From Nostoc punctiforme PCC 73102 (GTDB lineage: Bacteria > Cyanobacteriota > Cyanobacteriia > Cyanobacteriales > Nostocaceae), in the NCBI RefSeq assembly GCF_000020025.1, contig NC_010628.1, forward strand, positions 4,470,001 to 4,502,000: a stretch of DNA of 32,000 nucleotides. Direction: 5' to 3'. The notes beneath the pieces are model-generated. The model saw nothing but the letters and a program-made list of their open reading frames with translations. It did no database searches and had not been told where the DNA came from. Position numbers and translations under genes: made by a program. How positions within the stretch are numbered: position 1 is the stretch's first letter; the number at the start of each line of letters is the position of its first letter. Shown here piece after piece: positions 1-6,611 of the stretch.

Positions 1-239
1 AAATCACGCATGACAATTTCTTGCTGACGATCTTGTGCGCCACCACCAACGATGACATCTACAGTTTTAATATCTGCGGCTGTGGCATTTTGATCTAGGG
101 GTAACACTTTAACATCATATCCCCGCCATTGAGCGCGACGTTCTATAGTAATTACATTACCGCGATCGCCATAAGTACTCATCAGCGTCGGGTACAACCA
201 ACCTATTGTTAATTCTAAATTTTGAGAACTCATATTCAT
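1..239 (-). CDS. gatD: GatD-like glutamine amidotransferase (CobQ/CobB-type GATase), N-terminal part only; the gene runs off the window start
   Basis: The minus-strand translation from ATG 239 (or ATG 233) reads MNMSSQNLELTIGWLYPTLMSTYGDRGNVITIERRAQWRGYDVKVLPLDQNATAADIKTVDVIVGGGAQDRQQEIVMRD. This is typical of the amidotransferase partner of MurT. It lies directly downstream of murT on the same strand. It is absent from the ORF track because it is truncated by the window edge. Confidence 0.8.
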   Translation of the reverse strand, partial: MNMSSQNLELTIGWLYPTLMSTYGDRGNVITIERRAQWRGYDVKVLPLDQNATAADIKTVDVIVGGGAQDRQQEIVMRD

Positions 240-301
240 AATTCGTAATTCGTAATTCGTAATTCGTAATTTGATTGGGTATTGGGAACTGGGGAATGGG
301 A
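240..301. repeat. STRR-type heptamer arrays in the murT-gatD spacer
   Basis: AATTCGT x4 lies at 240-267. It is followed by ATTGGGT ATTGGGA ACTGGGG AATGGG, the reverse complement of CCCCAAT/CCCCAGT-type STRR1 units. Confidence 0.85.
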
Positions 302-338
302 AAAAATTTATCTAAATCCTTACTCCCCACTGTCCAAT

Positions 339-1676
339 TTAAAGAATTTTACGACCAGTAAGAACTTCTCGCACTTCTAGCATGGCTGAGTAGGTGGGCA
401 GAATGTGCAGAGTTTCATTCTCTGGTGTATGCTCTAATGCAGTTGCGATCGCTTGTCGCAAATCTTCTTCGACTATTAAATTTATGCTACTCTCAGGGGA
501 CTTTTGGCTGTAACGTAGACGTAGTGCCATATCGTAGACGCGATCGCCACTCACTACTAAAGTCCCGCCACGTTCGACTAATTTCTCAGTATCCACGTCC
601 CAAATCCAGGATACATCAGTGCCATCGGGCGTGCGATCGTTCAAGACTAGCAGTGTGATTTTATCTGTGCTTTGAGTAACCACGCGAATGGTTTCATTCG
701 TTCCCACAGGATTTTTTGATAATAATATCCGCACTCGTTTACCGTTAATTACTAAATCTTCTGCACGGCCAAAGGCAGCTTGAAAGGTATTAATAGTATC
801 TCTGATTGTTACTTCATCAACTCCTAACTCAATAGCCGCAGTAGCAGCAGCTAAAGTATTATATTTGTTGTACAAACCAACCAGAATTTGTGACCATTCA
901 CTACTTTCTAGAGTCGGTTTACTTTTAGTGAAACCACACTTGGGACAAGTGAAATCTCCCAAATGAGATAAATAGACACCCTTATAATCTAGAGAATGTC
1001 CACATTTGGGGCAATAGATAGAATCAACAGCGTGAGGAATTGCTTCTAAATAATGTTCTGGTTCATTCAAGCCAAAGAATAACACCCGTTGCGGTAACTG
1101 CTGACCAAGGTTAGATAAAGTTGGGTCATCAGCATTAGGAATTACCACCGTTTCTGTTGGTAGGGTAGAAATAACTTTTGTCCAACGTTTACTAATTGTA
1201 TCTACTTCGCCGTACCTATCAAGCTGGTCGCGGAACAAGTTTAAACAGAGAATGATTCGCGGCTGGAGTGGCTTTAATACTCTTGGGACAATATTCTCAT
1301 CTACTTCCAAAATGGCGTAATCAGTATTTAGCGTGCCTAGTAAGTTGGTGCTTTCTAACAGCGCCGTCATCAAGCCATTTTCTAGATTTGCACCTGTAGA
1401 ATTATGAGTGACGCGAAAACCCTTGTGTTCTAGGATTGTGCATAAAAGCAGCGCTGTAGTAGTTTTGCCGTTAGTACCAGCAATTAAAATCACTCCGTTT
1501 TTAACTTGCTGACTCAATAATTGTAAAAGTCGGGGTTCAATGCGACGAGCAATCGAGCCTGGTAATACACTAGCAGCACCCAGACGGAGCGATCGCACTA
1601 TAAACGTCACACTTTTTGCCACTGACACCGCGAAACCCAATCGCAGCCTGTCTATGAATTGAATTTTGTTTCCCAC
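339..1676 (-). CDS. murT: MurT-like Mur-ligase family protein (lipid II isoglutaminyl synthase ligase subunit)
   Basis: 445-aa ORF with a GTG start at 1676. It has the Mur-ligase P-loop GTNGKTTT. It has a Cys4 ribbon (CPKCGHSLDY...CPKCG) characteristic of MurT. The C-terminus is DUF1727-like (NDRTPDGTDVSWIWDVDTE). A gatD-like gene lies downstream. Confidence 0.88.
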   Translation of the reverse strand: MGNKIQFIDRLRLGFAVSVAKSVTFIVRSLRLGAASVLPGSIARRIEPRLLQLLSQQVKNGVILIAGTNGKTTTALLLCTILEHKGFRVTHNSTGANLENGLMTALLESTNLLGTLNTDYAILEVDENIVPRVLKPLQPRIILCLNLFRDQLDRYGEVDTISKRWTKVISTLPTETVVIPNADDPTLSNLGQQLPQRVLFFGLNEPEHYLEAIPHAVDSIYCPKCGHSLDYKGVYLSHLGDFTCPKCGFTKSKPTLESSEWSQILVGLYNKYNTLAAATAAIELGVDEVTIRDTINTFQAAFGRAEDLVINGKRVRILLSKNPVGTNETIRVVTQSTDKITLLVLNDRTPDGTDVSWIWDVDTEKLVERGGTLVVSGDRVYDMALRLRYSQKSPESSINLIVEEDLRQAIATALEHTPENETLHILPTYSAMLEVREVLTGRKIL

Positions 1677-1840
1677 ATCTGTACCCTAGTCTTCTGGCGT
1701 TGCTAATTGAAAGTATTTAATTGCAAATTTAATATGCGTGAGTTTAGCGAATCCTGACTGAAAAAGCCAGCCTCTTAATTTTGAGGCAAGAAATGAGAGG
1801 CGGGGGGTAGGGGAAGCAGGGGAGGCAAGGGAGAGTTAAA

Positions 1841-2077
1841 ATCTCTTTCATCCACCTCAGAACTCCGTTCATCCACCTCGGAACTCCGTTCATCCACCTC
1901 GGAACTCCGTTAATCCATATCAGAACTCCGTTAATCCATATCAGAACTCCGTTCATCCACCTCGGAACTCCGTTAATCCACCTCGGAACTCCGTTAATCC
2001 ATATCAGAACTCCGTTCATCCACCTCAGAACTCCGTTCATCCATATCAGAACTCCGTTCAACTCCATCATCCACTTA
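1841..2077. repeat. 21-bp tandem repeat array, 10 full units plus degenerate edges
   Basis: Units of TCCACCTCAGAACTCCGTTCA run from 1851 to 2060 with an exact 21-bp period. Three variable sites (CCT/TAT, A/G, C/A) are mixed in mosaic fashion. The degenerate edges are 1841-1850 and 2061-2077. Confidence 0.95.
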
Positions 2078-2200
2078 AGAGAGATAATCTCAGTAGGCGT
2101 TATCTTAAAAAATAGTGCGTGGGCGTAATTACATATCCTGCCCAGTTTACCGAATTCAGCACAAACTCACGACAAGTAGTAGCTTGCAAGGTTCCTTTTG

Positions 2201-2788
2201 ATGAATAGCACAAGATTTCTTTTTTTACCTAAACAAATTACTGGCTGGCGAAGGTGGTTGTCCAAATGCCTATTGTTGCTTGCAAGTCTTTTCATTATAA
2301 GTACGCAACCTGCTTATGCTGGTCTAAATAATGATTTATATGATGGCAACATCTTTGTCGTTTATGCTGGCAATGGTTCATTGGTTCCTCCCAGACAGAC
2401 ACTCGCACAAACTTTAGCGGAACATAAACCGATATTTCTGGCTTTTTATTTAGATGACAGCAGCGATTCTAAAAGATATGCCATTTCTATCTCACGGGTA
2501 CAGGAATTCTACGGTCGGGTAGCAGAGATTATGCCGATTAATGTAGATACTATCCCGTCTAAAGAAACCTACGACCCTACAGAACCAGGATATTACTATT
2601 CTGGGGCTGTTCCTCAAGTCGTGGTGTTTAATAAAGCAGGTGAGGTAGTTTTGAATAAAAAAGGTCAAGTACCTTTCGAAGAAATAGACGATCAATTTCG
2701 CAAAATCTTTGATTTATTACCACGTACCGAAACCGCACAGCTAAAGCGACGAGCTTTTAATGAGTTCAGTAGTGAGTTAGCTAAATAA
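2201..2788 (+). CDS. Secreted/lumenal thioredoxin-fold-like protein without CxxC; tentatively the cyanobacterial family annotated as thylakoid membrane photosystem I accumulation factor
   Basis: ATG at 2201 (a TTG lies at 2198). The N-terminus has a signal/anchor sequence (LLLLASLFIISTQPAYA). The mature part is conserved-looking (NDLYDGNIFVVYAGNGSLVPP). A terminator hairpin follows. The family name is from memory and unverified. Confidence 0.6.
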   Translation: MNSTRFLFLPKQITGWRRWLSKCLLLLASLFIISTQPAYAGLNNDLYDGNIFVVYAGNGSLVPPRQTLAQTLAEHKPIFLAFYLDDSSDSKRYAISISRVQEFYGRVAEIMPINVDTIPSKETYDPTEPGYYYSGAVPQVVVFNKAGEVVLNKKGQVPFEEIDDQFRKIFDLLPRTETAQLKRRAFNEFSSELAK

Positions 2789-2794
2789 GTTTTG

Positions 2795-2825
2795 GGGTAG
2801 ACCAAATTGGTCTGCCCTAGTTTTT
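2795..2825 (+). terminator. Rho-independent terminator candidate
   Basis: GGGTAGACC (2795-2803) pairs with GGTCTGCCC (2809-2817) as a 9-bp stem with one G-U pair. The loop is AAATT. CTAG and TTTTT (2821-2825) follow, 7 nt after the stop codon. Confidence 0.6.
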
Positions 2826-2931
2826 CGTGCTGTCTGTTACTACATTTATGCTGATGCCAAAGCATAATATTGAAATATCTGTGTTAACCATTTATAAAAT
2901 TAATCTCTAGTCCCGTATTGAGTGTATTCTG

Positions 2932-3540
2932 ATGTCAAAGGTTTACACCACCCAGGAGCTAATTCAAGTTTTGGCAGCCGAACGCCAAGCTTGCCTCAAC
3001 GGAAAACGCCTAAAGTTAGAGATAACGGTCTCTGGCAATCCTGTAATTGACCAGTTTATCAGGACTGATGGGCTGCAACAATTCACAGCTTACCAAGATT
3101 TCAAAGCTGCAATTCACGATTATCAAAAAGAAAATCAAGTTTCAGGTATTATCTGGCGGGAGGTGACAGTTAAAGGTAAAAACTTAAACTATCCCGAAGT
3201 AAATACTGATTTAATAGCTCTTTCTAGTGACTTAGAGATATTAAAAGCTGCTAAAAATTCCATTGTAGAATTTTGGTTTGAAGTCTCTATGGGGATGGAT
3301 TTATATTTGAGTTTCAATAATAGTAAACAATACCAACAAATTCTCACATCTGATGTAGAAAGAATTGTTCAGAGAACAGAGTGGGCAAGTTTGTGCAAGT
3401 GGGAAAATTCAAGTTTTTTGGAAATGATTTTGCAGCTAGGATGGGGTAAACCAGAAGAAGCTTATTATAAACGAGGAAGACCGGGATCGGGTAGTGAATA
3501 TATTCATGCAGTCAATCCTGGGAATCGCCCCATTGGATAA
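2932..3540 (+). CDS. Hypothetical protein, 202 aa, no recognised domain
   Basis: Clean ATG-initiated ORF with protein-like composition. Its TAA stop overlaps the start of a heptamer array. I recognise no motif. Confidence 0.6.
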   Translation: MSKVYTTQELIQVLAAERQACLNGKRLKLEITVSGNPVIDQFIRTDGLQQFTAYQDFKAAIHDYQKENQVSGIIWREVTVKGKNLNYPEVNTDLIALSSDLEILKAAKNSIVEFWFEVSMGMDLYLSFNNSKQYQQILTSDVERIVQRTEWASLCKWENSSFLEMILQLGWGKPEEAYYKRGRPGSGSEYIHAVNPGNRPIG

Positions 3541-3621
3541 TTCGTAATTCGTAATTCGTAATGGGCTTCTCTGCGAGACGCTAAAAGCGAACGCCCCGCT
3601 AAACTAACGTAATTCGTAATT
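3539..3621. repeat. AATTCGT heptamer array interrupted by a ~43-bp insert
   Basis: AATTCGT x3 plus AAT lies at 3539-3562. The insert GGGCTTCTCTGCGAGACGCTAAAAGCGAACGCCCCGCTAAACT lies at 3563-3605. The array resumes as (A)ACGT AATTCGT AATT at 3606-3621. Confidence 0.85.
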
Positions 3622-3741
3622 GTTACACCACGGATAGATGCGTTTTCTTTGAAAAAATGAGGATTTTTTCGTTTGTTCTTAACCTTGGTTTTAATCCAAT
3701 ACGGTTCAATGAAGGGCTACTGGCAAAAATTTTGGGTTTTT

Positions 3742-3770
3742 GAGACGCGATAAATCGCCGTCTCTACAAG
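3742..3770. repeat. Short dispersed palindromic repeat, copy 1 (possible bidirectional terminator)
   Basis: GAGACGCGATAAATCGCCGTCTC followed by TACAAG. The arms GAGACG and CGTCTC are complementary. It is related to 29133-29161. It sits between convergent genes, 16 bp from the kinase stop. Confidence 0.7.
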
Positions 3771-3785
3771 TGTTTTGGGTTTTAA

Positions 3786-6611
3786 TCAAGATGAATTACG
3801 AATTATATTGTCGATCGCTGTGGCTAATTCAGATGGATCTACGGGTTTAGGTAGGTGTTTTTGGAATCCTGCTGCCATTGCTTGGTTGTAGTTGATTTCT
3901 CCAGCATAAGCTGTCAGTGCGATCGCCGGAATTTGCCCACCTTGCTCTGGCGGTAATTTTCTCACCTCACGCAGTAGCATATAGCCATCCATCAAGGGCA
4001 TTCCAATATCGCTTAACAGAATATCTGGCTTTGATTGCATTAATATTTCCAGTGCTTCAGCTGCTGATTCAACTGCTGTTACAGTCGCACCATATTGTTC
4101 TAGGGCAAAGCTAAAAAACTCTCGCACATCAGCTTGATCGTCTACAAGCAGGATTTGCACCCCAGCCAGTAATGTATCGTCAGTACTTAGTTCTAGTTGA
4201 GAAGCCTCATCGCTGCTGACTCGCAACTCAGAATTTTTCAGCAAAGGTAGTCTGACTGTAAAAGTAGCGCCTTGCCCTTCTCCTAGACTCTCTGCCTGAA
4301 CTGTACCACCATGAAGTTCTACTAAATGACGCACAATTGCCAGCCCTAATCCGAGTCCCCCAAATACTCTGGTTGTCTTAGCATCTGCTTGCCGGAAGTA
4401 ATCAAAGACGTAGGGCAAAAATTCTGGGATGATTCCTTTACCTGTATCAATCACCTGAATTTGAGCATCTAAGCCAACTTGCTCTAGACGCACTTCTACT
4501 CGTCCTTCTGTGGGTGTGAATTTAACGGCATTGGAGAGGAGATTCCACATTACTTGTTGCAAGCGATCGCTATCGCCGAGGACTTTGCCGATATCATTAC
4601 TTAAAACCGTTTGAATTTGAATCGACTTGGCTTCTGCTGCTAAACGCACCGTTTCTAATGCACCTGCGATCGCTATTTTCAAATCCACTGCATAGAGATT
4701 TAATCTGACTTTACCTTGTAAAATCCGCGAAACATCGAGTAAATCTCCAATTAATTGAGTTTGTAACTTGGCATTCCGCTCGATTGTTTCCAATGCCCGA
4801 ATTTTAGTAGCTTCGTCGAAGTTGCGGGTTCTGAGTAACTTTGCCCACCCTAAAATCGGATTCAAGGGAGTTCGGAGTTCATGAGAAAGGACAGCGAGGA
4901 ATTCATCCTTAATGCGGTTGGCTGTCTCAGCTTGGGCCCTGGCGGTCTTTTCAGCTTCGTAAAGTTGAGCGCGAGCGATCGCTTGGGCACACTGCTGCCC
5001 CAGCGTTAACATAAATCCCCGGTCTTCTTCGTGAAATATTTGTTCATTGATAAAGCTTAATCCCAGTGCCCCAATTACTTTACCTTCTGCTATCAAGGGA
5101 ATGGAAGCCCAAGAATTATTCCCTGTAAGAGCCACAACCTCTGCTAAATTCGGATATCTAGCAATCATCGCTGCTAAATTTTCCAGAAAAATTGGCTCAC
5201 TAGTTCTGACTGTTTCTGCTATTTGGTTAGGTGCTGTAACGGGAAAATTTGACCAAGTATCTATGAGTGCTTGCGAATAGCCAATTGCTTGCACAACTTT
5301 TAGGCTAGTATCTCCCTCGGTAAGTAAGACAACGGAACCACCAGTAGCTTCCAAGGCAGCAATACCTTGGTTCACCACTACATCAGCTACCTGTTGGGAA
5401 GTGAGGGCTTCTGAGAGGGCGGCGGTTATTCTTTGTAAAAGTATGGTGCGATTGACAGACCTTTCAGCGCCCTGTTTTGCCTGTTGAGTTTCTTGGTAGA
5501 GTCTGGCATTGTCGATGGCTATCGCCGCCCGACGAGCAATATCTTCTGCTAAGGCTAAGTCTGTTTGTTTGTAGTGCCTACTTGACTCGGCTGTGAAAAA
5601 AGAGATTGCTCCAAATAATTGCCCACGGGAACGAACTGGAATCACCATTAGAGAACAAATACCTAGACTTTGCAGTAATTGCAGATGTTCGTCGTCTTCA
5701 GCCATCTGCAAAAGATGAGAGTCAGATAATTCGGGATAAAAGACAGATATACCTAGCTGTAGCTGCCGCACAAGCTGTTTGGCTCTGGTTTTGGGTCGAT
5801 AACGCCGTCGGATTTCGTCTAAAGTATTTAGTTTTGTGGGATCGGCAATTGCGATCGCAATTTGTTTACTTGACCAATCTTCCTGGAAAACATCTACAAT
5901 ACACCAGTCAGCTAAGGTAGGAACTGCGAGATTAGCCACACTTTCTAAGGCAATTTCATAATCTAATGAGGCAGCGAGTAAGGTGCTGGCCTCGACTAAA
6001 AACTGTTGTGTTGTTTCAACTCGTTTGCGATCGCTAATATCTTCAATAATGCCTAACGCATACTTTGGAAGTCCGTTGGTATCCCAAACTGCTGATGAAG
6101 TTAGGTTTACCCAAACTATAGAACCATCTTTGCAGATGTAGCGCTTCTCTAAGGAATAACCATTAATTTCTTTTGCTAAAACTCGCCGAGCATTTTCCAA
6201 GTCAACTGCTAAGTCGTCAGGATGGGTAATTTCTTCAAAGGTTATTTGCATTAACTCTTCAGGGCTGTACCCAGTAATTTCGGATAGGGCAGGATTAACC
6301 TGAATAAATTTTCCATCCAACGCTACCAGAGTAATACCCACAGCTGCCTGGTTGAACATTGCCCGGAATCTTTCTTCGCTTTCTCGCAAAGCCACTTCTG
6401 TTTGCTTGGCTGCTGTCACATCTGCCAAAATAATTCCAATTCCTACCGTTTCGCCCATTGAGTTGTTGACTGGGTAATAGTTGCCCAGCCAGTAGCCGTA
6501 ACGTCTGGATTGTTCCCTTGTCTCACCACTAATTTCTACATTCAGCAGTGGTTCTCCAGTATCCAAGACGCGCTGTAACTGTTGCTCAAGTTCAGCCGCC
6601 ATTGCTGGCAA
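3786..6611 (-). CDS. Hybrid sensor histidine kinase, C-terminal fragment (partial PAS, PAS, GAF, GAF, HisKA, HATPase_c, REC)
   Basis: 941-aa ORF. The H-box is EFLAVLSHELRTPLNPILGW. The G-boxes are DTGKGI and GGLGLGLAIV. The C-terminal receiver reads LLVDDQ...LLSDIGMP...LPKP. The ORF begins (TTG 6611 or ATG 6602) in the middle of a PAS domain. Confidence 0.85.
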   Translation of the reverse strand: MPAMAAELEQQLQRVLDTGEPLLNVEISGETREQSRRYGYWLGNYYPVNNSMGETVGIGIILADVTAAKQTEVALRESEERFRAMFNQAAVGITLVALDGKFIQVNPALSEITGYSPEELMQITFEEITHPDDLAVDLENARRVLAKEINGYSLEKRYICKDGSIVWVNLTSSAVWDTNGLPKYALGIIEDISDRKRVETTQQFLVEASTLLAASLDYEIALESVANLAVPTLADWCIVDVFQEDWSSKQIAIAIADPTKLNTLDEIRRRYRPKTRAKQLVRQLQLGISVFYPELSDSHLLQMAEDDEHLQLLQSLGICSLMVIPVRSRGQLFGAISFFTAESSRHYKQTDLALAEDIARRAAIAIDNARLYQETQQAKQGAERSVNRTILLQRITAALSEALTSQQVADVVVNQGIAALEATGGSVVLLTEGDTSLKVVQAIGYSQALIDTWSNFPVTAPNQIAETVRTSEPIFLENLAAMIARYPNLAEVVALTGNNSWASIPLIAEGKVIGALGLSFINEQIFHEEDRGFMLTLGQQCAQAIARAQLYEAEKTARAQAETANRIKDEFLAVLSHELRTPLNPILGWAKLLRTRNFDEATKIRALETIERNAKLQTQLIGDLLDVSRILQGKVRLNLYAVDLKIAIAGALETVRLAAEAKSIQIQTVLSNDIGKVLGDSDRLQQVMWNLLSNAVKFTPTEGRVEVRLEQVGLDAQIQVIDTGKGIIPEFLPYVFDYFRQADAKTTRVFGGLGLGLAIVRHLVELHGGTVQAESLGEGQGATFTVRLPLLKNSELRVSSDEASQLELSTDDTLLAGVQILLVDDQADVREFFSFALEQYGATVTAVESAAEALEILMQSKPDILLSDIGMPLMDGYMLLREVRKLPPEQGGQIPAIALTAYAGEINYNQAMAAGFQKHLPKPVDPSELATAIDNIIRNSS

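Noticed and set aside
1851-2060. CRISPR array
   Set aside because: The 21-bp units are directly abutting with no spacers, and no cas genes are in the window.
1744-2070. 108-aa ORF (MMELNGVLIWMNGVLRW...) as a genuine heptad-repeat protein gene upstream of murT
   Set aside because: It is generated by the 21-bp tandem array. Its C-terminal third translates G-rich heptamer repeat DNA. It has no convincing Shine-Dalgarno. All inter-unit differences are non-synonymous. It is kept only as an alternative under the array finding.
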